NCBI GenBank assembly: GCA_051362555.1
Contig: CM120641.1
Coordinates: 37,268,401 to 37,332,400 of the forward strand
Origin: Lingula anatina
Lineage: Eukaryota > Animalia > Brachiopoda
DNA: 64,000 bases
Direction of reading: 5' to 3'
Every line of letters begins with the position of its first letter. The first letter of the stretch is position 1. A model generated the notes under the pieces. That model ran no database searches, had not been told where the DNA came from, and saw only the letters and a program-made list of their open reading frames with translations. The translations under genes were made by a program, and so were the position numbers. Shown in pieces: positions 1 to 13,900 of the stretch.

Positions 1-163
1 AATCTGCTTGAGTGAAATCAGCATTTTGAGAAAACGACATGAAGTTTTAGACCTTATCTGTAAACAATAGAAAATATCTGTATGCTTTGATAAACGAATG
101 CTTGAAGTCCACTGAAGGGGGATCGGTATATATATGTTATAAGGCGTACTTTTGTCTCTCCAG

Positions 164-2761
164 TGCCCAGGAATGGTCTTGGTCCAAGTCGGCTCATGGA
201 CTCCAAATTCTAGTAAGTCCGTTTATCTTCCAAAAACCATACTATTTAAATATCCTAAACTCCCACTTTCAACTTCTGCTGTCCGAATTTTTTTCAAATT
301 TTATTAAGAAAATATTCTCTGCACTTATTATTTTTCTTTTATGCATATGTTGAGTTTTTCTTTATTTTGTATCTAAAACGTGTTATTTCAGTTTTTTCAC
401 TTATTGGCGCTCTTACCGGAACTCTACTGTACGGCTTGTTCGCTCCGTGGATTATTCGTTTCTCTCGGCCGAAAAAACCTTTTCAAAAACCAACGTAAGG
501 CTATCATGTTGCATTTAAACTTAAAACTTAATAACACTGTAAAAATGGATCAAGATGATTCACAATCCCCACTTGAAGTATGTTTTCTGTCCTCGGAATG
601 TTTCAGTATTCAATCAAGTACGCAGTGTTCAATAGTAATTTATTGATTTATAATATTTTAATTTAAAGTCATTAATTTTGATATTCCTTATATTTTTTTA
701 TTTTGATTGGATTCTAACGAAGTTAGGCTATGTTTGCAGTGTTCATGAAAGATTCAACATTCCATTTGCCGCACTTGCCATCCCAATGGCGGTAGCTTTG
801 GGAGTAGTGGTGTTCGTCATCGAATGGTTCAGACCGTGGAACTCCCTTCTTGAATTAAGTGTGAGTCTTTAACTATGAAATATCACCACTTTCTCATGTT
901 GATTTGTCAGATAGATCCCTCCTCTATTGAGATACAGCTATATTATTGTGGAATAAGTTGACTAAAGCAGCAAATATTTTGTAATGCGTTAAATTCCTTA
1001 GGAAATAAATTATTGACATTTGGGCGTGCATATACCTACTTTTGCGTCATCAGTTCTTGGCATGATATAAAATGAAATTGCCTTCTTCTTGAATTCATTT
1101 GTTTCTTTCATATTTACAGATTCCGAATAATCCTGATGCTGATATAGTTACAGTAAGAGCATGGCCGCCATATATTTCAGGTAAATGAGCAGTGTCTTTA
1201 ACATGAGTATATTGCGTTAGATGCTACTCTTGAAATATTGCGGTAGAGGTCATTAAGATTTAATTGCGGTAGATTGGGAATATTTTTGGATGCATCACCG
1301 AGGAAGATTAAGTGTTGTAATAAAAATAACGAATATCTGCCACTCCGTTACAATTTTTGTCCGATGACAAAGAAGAAGATTTTACTATTTTAATCTTAAA
1401 AGCAAAGGTACTTCACGTTAACTCTATTGACATAAATTGGTAGCAATGAAAGTGGCAAAAAGTTCTACAAATTCTGAGAAAACATTGCCTTATGGCATGA
1501 TATTCGTTGCAAAATTCAATGTTGTAATATTAATGTTAGATGGAACACATTTATGTAAGATGTTACATAATTATATACGATTATTAGCATACCCAATGGC
1601 ATTCTTAAATTGTTAAACTTTTGCCTCTTTTATACTCTTAATATGTAAAGAAACATTATCAAAATCCGAATGTATTTTTGATGTATTTTAAGAATCATCC
1701 TTTGTCTCTAAGAGAAAACCTGAAAATTTTCCCTTACCTACAGGTGCGCTGATAGGACTTTTACAGATCGTCATCGTGCTGGTCGTCGATGACACATTAG
1801 GTGGTAGTAGTGCTTACGTCACAGTGGTGTCGCAGTGGGTGGTCAGTGAAAAACTGCAGGAGAAATTCCCATATTTAGCCAGAGCAAGGACTGGGATTGG
1901 GAACTGGTGGCAGGTATGCAGGTTGATTGCCTGGTCCTAAAATCTGTGTCACAATATCCGAAACCAAAAATATTCAATAAAGGACTTTTAAATATAAATT
2001 TTGGATAAGGCCCTTAATCGTTGTACTTGTTTAGTCATCCTATATTGATAGGATGTTTTAAGTAGCAATGTAAAATCAATGTAAGAGAGCTATTTTCTAA
2101 TGTTAAAATATTTATTGAGAATTTATTCCATTACTTTCGTTAACTGAACGCTTAATCTCATTTCACCACGTTTCATTATAAGGTGGTATATGTGTTTGGT
2201 GCAATCCTTGGTGGCGCTCTGTCCGCTCTATCCTCCAGTTCATACGGCTCGACCCAGGGAGTGAGCGTGGTCACAGCGTTCTTTGGGGGATTTCTTATGT
2301 TGATAGGAGCACGTTTTGCCGCTGGCTGCACCAGGTGGGACGACGTGCTTTTAAACTCAGTGTATTCTTTTTTAGTTCAAACATCACCAAATCAAATAAC
2401 AAGAGGAGTCCTATTTTTATTTCCGTTCTTACTTCTTAGGTATTCCTTGCAACTAGATTTCTTGTATTATTCCATAAAGAAATTACCTATTAAGCACATG
2501 CCATTTTTTATTAGCATGCTCTATGTCTTTTCAGTACTTGATGCGTGCGCACTTATTTTACTATTTTACTGTTGACTTTTTATTTACTATTGTGCTCTCC
2601 ACAATTATTCCAGTGGCCATGGTCTCTCCGGAATGTCATTGTTGGCATGGCTATCTTTCCTAGCTGTCCCGTCTATGTTTGCCGGAGGTATTGTCACAGC
2701 TTTCAGCATGCAGGCTACTGGAGCACTATATGAGTTTGTCAACTGCACAGCCTGTGCATAG
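164..2761 (+). CDS. YeeE/YedE family (TsuA-like) thiosulfate/sulfur transporter; 5' exons lie upstream of the window
   Basis: GT-AG exons in phase: 164-212 (CPGMVLVQVGSWTPNS), 392-494, 740-860, 1120-1180 (RAWPPYISG), 1744-1913 (DTLGGSSAY...GNWWQ), 2183-2334 (FGGFLMLIGARFAAGCT), 2614-2761 (SGHGLSGMSLL...NCTACA*). The CPG, WPPY-x-x-G and GARFAAGCTSGHG motifs plus many TM helices are typical of YeeE/YedE. Confidence 0.88.
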
Positions 2762-4687
2762 ATAGGATATTTGAGGGGAGCGGAAAAAACAGATTGAAAG
2801 AAATACATACAGTAGACAAGCTGCGTGAGTCTTCCACCCACTTGTCAATTCTTCAACCTTCGTCATTGCCAAAATATATTTAAAATAAAAAAAAACTTTA
2901 CTAACAAAGGTTAACAAACAAATAACTGAATTAATTTGTTGGCTAATTTATTACTTGACTGACTGTGGTATATAGAATTCATTTAGCTTATTTTTTTAAT
3001 GAAAAAGATATCGGGGTACGAATATGCTCTGTCAGTGTACACTTGGTCACTGCACACTCTCTACCTCATATATTTTCATAAGTTAGGCGCGATTTTCATA
3101 ACCTTTCACATACCCTTTTTTATGTTGTTTATTTTGCAATGAAAACTAGTTTTTGTAATTGTGAATCTAAATATATGCACAGTATTCATATTCTAATTCA
3201 ATAATATATACATGGTGATTCGCCAACAAAATACAATAAAATATTTTGTTAAATGGGTGCTGTGGTCTTCTTTCTCGAGGGCATACTAAACGCGAACAAA
3301 TAACCGCGGGATTTAGAAAACCAGATGATTCTCACAAAAGATTCAAACGCCTGAAATGATGTACTTTCAAAGTAAACAATACTGGAAAATTACCCAGAGA
3401 TAATTGTTTAATCAATGAATTTCTGCGATGTGTGAATAGCCGACGTGCTCGACAGCGCACGTGTAGGCTGACTCCATTAATTTGTTCCTGCGAAGTTTTC
3501 AGCAACTCCTATCTAAGTAGGCCTACATGTTTCAACAGAGAGTAATAAAAACATTTTAATCACAAAAATAAGCAAAGCAAAAAATTGAAGTATTTGTAAT
3601 GAAAAATGATATAAAGACATCTTTTGCAGAGCGTTTACGGAAGCATGCATTTAAGATGTTCAGAATATTTTCATAGAAAGTATTTGCGTTTATCATTGCG
3701 CTAATTGTGTCACTGGAGCCAACTGAACATGGAATCTACAGCATATTCTTTAGATCCTCCGACAAAATTACGTCATTCAAGTTTCATCAAAAGACGCGTA
3801 CGCCACAGTCTCAACGAATGTCTCGACAATAATGATGCCAAACGTATTACCCTACAGCTGTCTTTCTTCTGAGAATGCTACATGCACGTGAATATTGACC
3901 TGTCTCCCTTATTACATAGATCTCTGTTAATTGCCTAGTGTATTTAATGTTGATCTCGAATTAATTCTGATATCATGGCATTTTTTCATTTGAAGAAAAT
4001 AATTTTTGTAATCACGTTTTACATATGCTTTGTTGTCTTCGAAAAGAATATTGTTTTATAGTAAGGGTTTAACGGTAAGATAATTAAATGAGCACAAAGT
4101 GCTTTCTTATTCTTTAGATTTCAATAACGAATTAAACTTTTGCTGATTAGAAAATGGACAGGGGTGATGGCAATTTCTGTTATTTATAATTGTAAAATGA
4201 TCGTTTCTTTTACCGGCAAACCGCACTGCGTGATCAAAGAAACAACCGAGTATACGGCGCCGCCGCTGGTCAATGCCACAACAAAAAGAAAGCTTGTACT
4301 TGTATTAATGACCATCGTAGGATCTTTTGTTTCACTAGCTAAGCTACATTAAGGCATTGACGAATGAGTCAGTTGGGTCATGAAGCCCTGGGGAATGTGC
4401 ATTATGGGAAATATGGGTTGTACATTTCTCCTTAATGACGTCATTTCTGCATGTCCTCTAGCTAAACAATTTACAACGCTTTCTTCTTTGTTCCAAAACA
4501 CACGTGAGATGCAACGCAGGCATTGAAAACAGATCTAGGACTATCATTCATATCCTGACGTTAATTACAAAATATGAAACATGCAATATCGGGTCAGAAA
4601 ATAGAGGAGGACAAATTGCCGCCTGCTTTATGACCACAAGTAATAGTAACTGTTGGAGTAACAGGCAAAGGCTGCTGCAGCCGAGAG

Positions 4688-7600
4688 ATGTCGGGTGGTA
4701 AGCATCGTGTTCATATTCTTTAACCTTTAAATCTAAAAGAGAAAATGATTATCAGACAAAATATTATGGAGAAGGCAAATACAAATATTTGCAGTGAAGC
4801 AGGCAGACTGTCTTTTTGTCTTACTGTATTTTAGTTGGTTAAAATCTCTTCATGGCTTCGATACCCATGATAAAAACGTTGCGAGGGTAAGCAAGTTTAA
4901 TGCAGTCAGTCACGGATAACTGTTTTGTAATAAACAGAGTCTGGCAGTCATGCATACTATTTAACAATACGTGTTTGTTCTTTATATAGAAATACAAAGA
5001 TTATAGAGATGATCCAAGCATATTTTAAAGTGTTATGTCAGTGCATTCTCAATATGTGTTAAAAAATGGAATTTTACCGGTATACTGTTGCCAAATTTCA
5101 GAATTTTCACGCAGCCTCCTAGTAAATCTAGATCTATACGCTTCCACAGTAGCATTGGACCAGTTTTGTTCCTTACACATGCACACAGCAGCAGTATCCA
5201 ATTTCATTTCGTATGTATTAAAGATGAAATTACAAAAAAAAAAAAAAGTCCGATTGTATTGCATGTTCACTCGACCCTCATTATTTATTGCAGTAATCAT
5301 AACGTGTCCAGCTTTGGCAGCTGGTCCACCAGTGATTCTCACAAAAGACTCATTGTTTTCTCTCAAACTGAGCACCTACAACACAGAACCGGGAACCAGA
5401 GTCAATATCAGCTGCTACCAGGATTTCCACTTACAGGGACCAAGCATGTTGTACTGTACAAATCAGGGGAAATGGGATAATGATATTCCGAAATGCATCG
5501 ACAGTAAGTGTATAAAAGTTTTATACGTTTGTGGTTTTTACTATCTTTTCATATATATCAAAGATGACATTTGGCGAAACCATCATTGATGGGCCTAGGC
5601 ATTTGCATATTGATTAAATTAGCCGCATTGATCAATTTACCAAAGCCTATTATCTCCCTTCTATTATCTCCCGTCCTCGTTGCATTAATTTTTCCTCTTT
5701 GGTGGATGCAATCCAAACCCATAATTTTTTAAAACAGTAGCAGTATTTAAATCATAAAGCACAGTATTACAATCATAAAGCTAATACAAAAATTTCCAAA
5801 TGCAGTATTTTGACTTTTTTAAAGAATAGAAGCAATCAAGAGCACAATTAAAAAAGTTCACCTGCAATAAGTGCAACATCTGCACATGAATTCCATTATC
5901 TCTATGATATTAATTCATGCTAGCTGCTCTCCAGGATAAACCGTTTACCAGACACAATTACACTGGATTCAATATTAATATTTCACGCCATCTTCCGTTA
6001 AAGACGTTTCATTGCTGGATAGCGTGGACGTTAGTAAATCGTCGAGATTAAGTGCGGTAATTGACAACTAGTGGATCTATATTCCGTGTACTATACTACT
6101 TCAGCTTTCATGCAGAATATATGAAACAAACTGTCCTTACACGGAAAGAATAAATCATTTTGTCGCTTCCTTTCAATGAAGTTGAAAACATATAGGACAT
6201 ACATATTATTGGTGCGAAGCATTCCATGTAAACGAAATTTTGATTATGCTTTTCATACTATACCCTTGATGCTCGATGTTAATTCCTCCTCATTCGTTCA
6301 TTCAATTTTCAATCTCATTCACCATATTTCGTTGCACGATCTCAGATTATTGTACTTAAGATGGATGCAGATTAAATTATTATTAAGTGGCATATATCAG
6401 TTAAGTAATGATCATCCATCTCAAAACTTACTTTATTTTTATTATGATACGCTATGCTAAATTCTATCATCGTACATTAAAATGGGCCATTCCTTCTATC
6501 TTATTTAGTATTTCAGAAAATAAAAATTAAGTAATCAATAGCTGTCTTTAATGAAAAACCTTCGAGACGCATTATGTAGTGAAACCAGAAAAGAACGACG
6601 TTTCGGGAGTGACATTTATCAATCAAATCTGAATCTAAATCTTGAGGCAATGGAAGTAAAAAGCCAAGAAATATATTTAAAAATATACTAAATCTGAAGT
6701 ACTTGCAATAACTTTTGTATTTATTGCCTTTTTTCAGGTTTAAAAGATAGTCATCCTCCCAGCACTTCCAGGAATTCGCAAGCGACAAACTTTATCGTAG
6801 CGGTTGGTGCTAGTGCCGCTGCTGTCCTTATTGTGGTGGTATTCTTCTTTGCAGCGTGCTGGGTGAAACACAGAAAAAGATATAGGCAGAGAAGAGAGTA
6901 AGGATTCATGTAGTTTTACAACATTTTCAAAAGTTTTTTTCGTATGATTGAACTTTTTTCACGTTTCATTTTTCATTCGATATATTCCTTATTCAGTAGC
7001 GTTCACTAGACGCACCAAGGAAATTTTTTTGCCGGTGACAGGGAAAAAAACTTCTTAAGGGCTATTCATACTTCAAAGCTCAAGTTCTTAATTTTTATAT
7101 TAAGAGATATTTCCATTACAAAAATAACAAAAAATTACAGAGAGTCTGTTCGGAGACCAGTAGAGTCTTTATCTATAGTTTTTGCTTACGTGACGATCCC
7201 GGGTGACAATATCGATTTGTGCAAGACAATGATCTGCCTTTGCTACCTAATCTGTTTCGTAAAATGTCCAATATAGGCCCCTACTTTAAATTCTCGTGTT
7301 ATCACTAAACGAGCAATGTATTTCAGTGCACCCCATCAGACGGTCTTCACCACATTTACCGGGAGGGATGCCCAAATAATTCAGTGGCTTGAAAGCACTC
7401 AGCAGGCTGTCAATGAAACTGAAGCACCGTACTCAAATTGTAACCTCCCAGCGTATTCAGAATGTGTAGGACACCATCCGTACGTCAATGCACCCTACGA
7501 GTTTGCCTCAGCTCCGTCGGACTACCCGTCAACGCGGAGAGGGGCTTACCGACCCACGACAGCAGCGACGTACGGTTATGAAAACCGAGCATACAATGAA

Positions 7601-7717
7601 AACTGGGATAATGCTCAAAATGACATGCATCAAAGGGGGTTTCCTAGAGATCCTCCGCCATTGTATTCTGAAATTGCTCAGGAAAGGATGACAGTAATGC
7701 GGTATTCAAATACATGA
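4688..7717 (+). CDS. Single sushi (CCP) domain transmembrane protein with cytoplasmic PY motifs (SUSD3/SUSD4/SUSD6-like)
   Basis: Phase 1-1 sushi exon 5294-5503 (TCP...GTRVNISCYQDFHLQGPSMLYCTNQGKWDNDIPKC). TM exon 6738-6897 (FIVAVGASAAAVLIVVVFFFAACW-VKHRKRYR). Tail exon 7327-7717 with LPAY and PPLY. The start at micro-exon 4688-4697 (ATG TCG GGT G|gtaagc) is phase-compatible but tentative. Confidence 0.75.
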
Positions 7718-9001
7718 TGCTAGCGAGAAAATCTAGTTGTAAAATACGAAAAGGAAAGTGACCTTAATGCGTCAGCCTTTATTATTATTTTTTGTTAATG
7801 AGAAGTTAATGAGAATTTTGATAGTTTCATGAAATGGCTGTAATTGTCCACAGATAAAAATGGGCGGATTTCGATAGAATTTTTCTCACATATTTTAAAG
7901 GACCTCTCCTATATGTAGTAGCTTTGTGGTGATGTCATTGCCTGTCATTATTCGATTTTTTTTACAGACGTGCCTAAGTTCTATTATTTAGCAAATAACA
8001 GTAGGCGGTTGGAGTAGTATGCGCCTTTACAAGAATAACAGTTTAATGATCGCAAGTTGTGCAATCCATTTACAGTGCCAAAGATGAAAAAAAGGTTAAT
8101 GCCTTTCCTTTACATAGACACATTACCGTGTCCTTTGTGTCTTCCACCCTTATATCTTTTTCTAACGCAATGCTTGTATGTATGTATGTATGTATGTAAC
8201 TAATGTATGCATTATATGAAGTGCAGGGGCACCAAAAACAGAAACCTAGACTGTCTAGCTCTTTCTCTCTTGCTTTTTCTCTCTTATGTCTGACCTTGGG
8301 CGAATAAAATATTTTATGCGTCCGAGGTCTGATGCAGGATGGGAGGTAATACGAGCGACTGCTCTGAAATTCAGGTTTCAGAAGTTGTGTGCCTAATAAA
8401 ATATCTCTGTGCTCTAATTCTACAGGATTATGAAATCTATGATGTCATTGACTGTTTCATAAGTTGTAAAAAACAGTTCACATTTTATGTACTATTAATA
8501 TTTATATATTCGTGTAACGCTATGTTAGATATTCTCGCGCGGACGGCGCTTTTTTAACGTGTTTTCCATCTATTGTTTGCCCCAGATGGAAGAGGCAGAT
8601 CTTGTTTTCAAAAAAATAGATGTCTGATTAAACCAAATGTCTTGTCGTTTTTTGTGTTTCATTTGATATGACAGTGGCAAGAGCACCATTTCTACCGCAG
8701 CTTTCATCATACCGAGAACGGGTAGTAAAGTACACATCGGGTTAATGTACACAACATATGTGATCATACACTCTACCAAGCCGATTGATTGATTTTTCCC
8801 ACATATATTTCACCCGCTAATTGAAATTCTACGCGTTTTCTGCACTTTTATTACTGCGCTGCAGATGTAAACTTTATGAAAGAACTAAAAAGATTTACAA
8901 TCTTTTTAAATGTACGCCGTTGCATCAACAGCTAGAACATTAATATTCATTCCACGTTATTGCATGCCTTTTTCATAATCATAATTCAGAATTAACTATT
9001 T

Positions 9002-9003
<2 letters not shown>

Positions 9004-9051
<48 letters not shown>
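9004..9051. repeat. Poly-T tract
   Basis: About 48 consecutive T; a second poly-T tract lies at about 30087-30126. Confidence 0.9.
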
Positions 9052-9052
<1 letters not shown>

Positions 9053-10905
9053 TTAAAAGCAGAAATTAAAGGAGGGGATTTATAGAGCCTGATTTAGTGC
9101 AAACCCCTAAATTTGCAAATTAGTCACAGAGAAAGGTGTCAAAATCTGCAAGGTTCAAGTATTGCAAAAGGTTTAATTTCATCTAAAAATATAAATGAAT
9201 CGGATTCATTAAAATGTTTAAACTAAAAAGCTAATCGAATCTTTACTCGAAAGTTAAAAGGAGATTTTATCCAATCAATTTTACCAGCTTTGAGGAAAGA
9301 TCAATGATGATTTAGCGCATCTTGGATTATTACTGGTTATCTTGTTTAATCGAATGTGCAATATTCCAGTTTTCAGCTGTTGTGTTAGGGACTTGTACTC
9401 CCCAAGTGATTGAAATAACAATACTCCTTATTGCAACTAGTGGACTTAAAATGAGAAATTAACAATTTTTTACATTTAACAAATTAATTTAATTTTATTA
9501 TGAATGAATAAAAATACAAGACGAATTGAATGAATGGATAAAACATTCTATATATAGTTTACTTCCCAAGGCATCAAAGCACATTGAGCACCTGTCAAAG
9601 TTTACGGTCGCCATGTTGACCAACACATGGGTTGTAAAAACCAAACAAAATTTATTATTAAAATCTTTAAGTAGAATTTTTTTCATAAAACTGCATGGAG
9701 CATTAAGGTATGTTTTTTATCAGGTCATGCTGCTGTTATATATGAGTAGCTGAGGACAGACAATCAGCAGGATTATAATTGCAACCGGTTATAATTGTTG
9801 GCACATTGTCATTGAATCGCATTCAGATTCTAAATTAATCAAAAAGATACATGAAAATTATTCTTTGGGACTGACAATTTGAGACTTCACTTCATTTCTT
9901 TTCTTAAAGGTGTGGTTGGTAAAATACGTCATGCCAAAATACGACTTAGGTGATTAACAAGAATGAAAAAAAGCAAATTTTGAGTTTGTTTTTTTATTAC
10001 CTACACAATTTTAAATGGTAGTAATTTTATAGATTACTTTACTAGGAATAATCTTATCAAAGAGGTTGCATGGTAGTGATTTTAATGTTACACTCACCAA
10101 ATAAACGATCATGCAAATACACAGTCATGAAAAAATACTGTAGTAATCAAAATTACAGGTAGTCATCATATTAAAGGTTCTGTTTTGAACTTCAAATAAA
10201 CTTTGGTGATACTTTTGAAATAAGAATGGAATATAGATTCATTTTGTTTGGCAGTTTTGAACTGAATACACATTTGAGATGCACCCCTATAGGCATATCT
10301 TACATATTTTGGCAGGACACATGGTGGCATTGGTATAAATATCTGATTGTTTGATATACATATATCTGTATTGAAGAAACTTGTTAGTATTGTTGTATTA
10401 CCTGTAATACCTTATCATTAAACATTTTTGAAAGATAAGTTTTGTGACAAAATTTTGAAATAGATGAAGCAAAATATATATTTAACACCCCATCCTAATT
10501 TCGAAAATAATTATAATTTCTGAATTACTAGTCGTAGTGACAGATTTAAACTGAATTTGAAGACCTTCATTGACAAAAGAGAGAGTTACTTAAAAGTTAA
10601 AGAATTTATGAAAAACTATTCTTTACCTAAAAAGTTAAGGAACATTACTTCTGATGACCATTTTGTGTATTTTTAGCTCAAAAGAACAGTGGGGTATTTG
10701 TTAAATATTTGAATTGATTATTTTTTTATCCCATTAAGGCTAAGAATATTCTTAGTCACTCAAATGAATATAATTTTGATTTTTTTTATTAAATTTAATA
10801 ATAGTGACTACCTTAACATATTTTTACAGATATAATTGTCCATGTTGCTACATGTAATAGTTTCTTCTTACTACAGCATACATATCCAGGAACCACAGCA
10901 TAATA

Positions 10906-13900
10906 ATGGAAGCTCTTCAGATGCAGGAGATGGAAGAGTTCTCATCTGATGATGATGATGATAGTCAGTTCTATGCTGACAGAGTACTGGGTACATCTGA
11001 AGAAGAAGTGAGAGCAAGTAAGTTGATTGCTTTATGTAGAGCATTAAACTGATTAATCTAATTAAAATTTGAATTCTTCACAGAAAGCTTTTAGTCATGT
11101 ACCTTAATTCAAGGGAATTGAACTCCCAAACCAAAAGCACATCAGGTTGGTAGATGAGTCTTGGGATTTTATATTTTTTTATATGTTAAGACACGAAATG
11201 CACTAAACTTTTAATTTATTTTTTATTTCATAATCCTGAGCACTGTTCCCTTTAAATAATAATAAAAAAATAGGTCAAGTGAAGTGGACTTCAAACTTAA
11301 AGGTGACACAGGAGTAACTGAATTTTTCCTTTTGGCATTTTCATATGCCTCATGAATTTAATGTTTAAATTAATCTTTATAAGAATCCATGGTTAGTCAG
11401 CATGGTTAAATCCAGATTTAAGAATTTTTTTTTAAATTAGCATAGTAAGGTACAGTGCTAATAGTAATAAACCACTGCCAATCTCGAAGAAAAAAAAATT
11501 CAGTAGTCAAAGTTCAATTTCCCAGTTCTCTCTTCATAAAAAAGAATGTTTACCCATTACTTCAATGTGTTTTTGTGTGAAACTAATACATTCTTTTTCC
11601 CTGTTAACAGAATACAGATGTCTTTTGAGTAAATTAATTACATTTTTAGCTGTTTCTGTAATATGGCTCAGGAGATGGTCCACAAGTAAGAATAAATGCT
11701 TTGAGAAACTGAAAAGTCTATCTAGATTGAATCTCAATCTAGTGAAAGATCTTAACATTGATTTAATGCCTGATAAATCTTAGTAAATTGAGAAAAAAAA
11801 GTTACACTGACTTATTTAGTGTAGATTTGTAAATTTCAAACACCCAAATATTTCCTATCAACCATACAACAATTTTTCTCCCCGTTACAAGATTCCATAA
11901 GTTTTACCTCATTTTATCATACATGTGATTTTTTCTTTTCTTGAGTCTTTTGGATATGCCTAACTTATCACAAGAGTAGGTAGCATTTAGGCAAATAAAC
12001 CAGTACCTTTTTCTCTTCCTTCTCTAACAATAAACAAGAACATACACAGCTTCAACTTAGAAAAAATATGAAAAACTCTTACCAGCAACATAATGTAGCA
12101 TCCCTTCAGTTTCACTGAATTCGCCTAACTGCTGTCTTGGCTACTATTTCAATTTACCCAAGTGAAGGTAATGGGTCATGTGGTCCCTTGCTGAACAAAG
12201 CTTTAGCTGATTTATTGTTGACTTGGAGATTTGGTACTCCATTAATTCCCCCACCTGATATCCCTTGAATGGAAACGAAGGGCAAAAGTAAATATTTTAA
12301 GGGCTCTGCATACAAACCAATTTGTAATTTACAAAGCCCCCCCTCTATTGAAAGTGAAAAAAGTAAGAACTGTTAAAGAAGAAGATATTTATTCTAGTGT
12401 TGGTGGGACTGCAGGTGAACTACTGCAACAGGGGGTTGTTTGCACAGAACATGTTTTGTCACCCACATCAAGATGAGAGGAATTTGAAAAGGAGAAATCG
12501 TCAAATTCATTCATCTGAAACAGGCAAACTGGTGACAGAATAGGGTCATTGTGAATTTGTTTCATTGCATAAACGAATGAAAATTGTTCGTCAAATTTAA
12601 TGGATGCTTGATAAAATAAAGTTTGTTTTTAGTGTCAACAGTTGTGATTGGTGACCCCAAAGTCATGGATGATGGACAGAAAATGAATCTGAATTAATTC
12701 TCCCTAAATGCTAGAAATTAATTTGAAATAATGAAAGGAGTTTTGCCAACTGCAAACTGTGTAAGCTTTACCTTTTTTTCAGTATTTCCTAGAAATTTAT
12801 CTGTTTTTTGCTGGTTTGTCCTTTTCCAGCTTCCCATAAAAAGTAACCTGACACTTTTAACCATATTGTCCACAAACAAGTGCTTAGTGACAGGTGTTGT
12901 GCACAATTATTTTGGGTGGTGGAAGCTTAAGGGCATGGTTGGTTATAAGTTATCAGTATTTCCAAAAATATCCAGAACATTAATTTGCATAACACAAAGG
13001 AAGTGTTTTTTTATTTACTGCTTGTATTGAAAAACTTGATGATATCAACTATATTCAAGAGCTGGATTTTTATTGACTATTTCTCCCCAGTCCTCCCCTA
13101 TGATATTTTAATGGCAACTTGGCCTCATGTTCCCATAAGGCACTGATCAGCAATGTAAATCCTTCAGAGCAATGTTGAAGCAAAATTTTAAGTCCAGGCC
13201 TCCTACCTCTTTGTCAGTATTTACAGCATTCCAAGGTGAGTTAGCAAACATTTAAAAAATTAATCCCAAAACAATGTGTGTTTCACAAGTAGTTTGTACT
13301 TGAACAACAGAGTGCCACAATAGTACTTGTGAGCTGGTTGCCATATATAGTCACCAACACCCCATTTCCATAGATTAGATCGACCTACTTTAGATCGACC
13401 TAACTCCCTGGGGGTTCACGCTAAATAGCTGTCAGCCGGGCAGACACGAAAGTTAATTACCCTCTTACAGCTTGTAGTAGGCGGGACGGACATTTAAGTC
13501 GGATTATCTGAAAGTAATCTAGTGAGACTCCCCGCGGGGATAGATCGATCTAAAATCTATGGGAATAGAGCCTAAGTGTTTTGTGTATGTGAAATCTAGG
13601 ACATAAAAATAGATTGTAGCAATATTGTGGCAAAAAAAGGTAATCGAGTTCTAATTTATTTTCAGCTACACCTGAAACTGAGCTTAGTGAATATCCAGAG
13701 AAACCAGATATCACAATGATGTGTGACAAGTGTAAGATATTTGTGGATCTACGTGACTTGAAGGACCACAGGGCCTACCATAACTCCTTGGAGACCATGA
13801 GATATTTTGGAGATGATTACCCTGAAGACCTCCAAGCTTTAGTACAACGAAGGATATTACTTCTTAGAGAATTAAGGTCCGAGTATGATGATGGGTTACC

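Noticed and set aside
3975-4061. Hydrophobic ATG-initiated stretch as signal-peptide exon of the sushi gene
   Set aside because: An in-frame TAG precedes the candidate donor.
8289-8332. Short GC-richer hairpin in intergenic DNA
   Set aside because: Short and imperfect with no supporting context; probably a repeat remnant.
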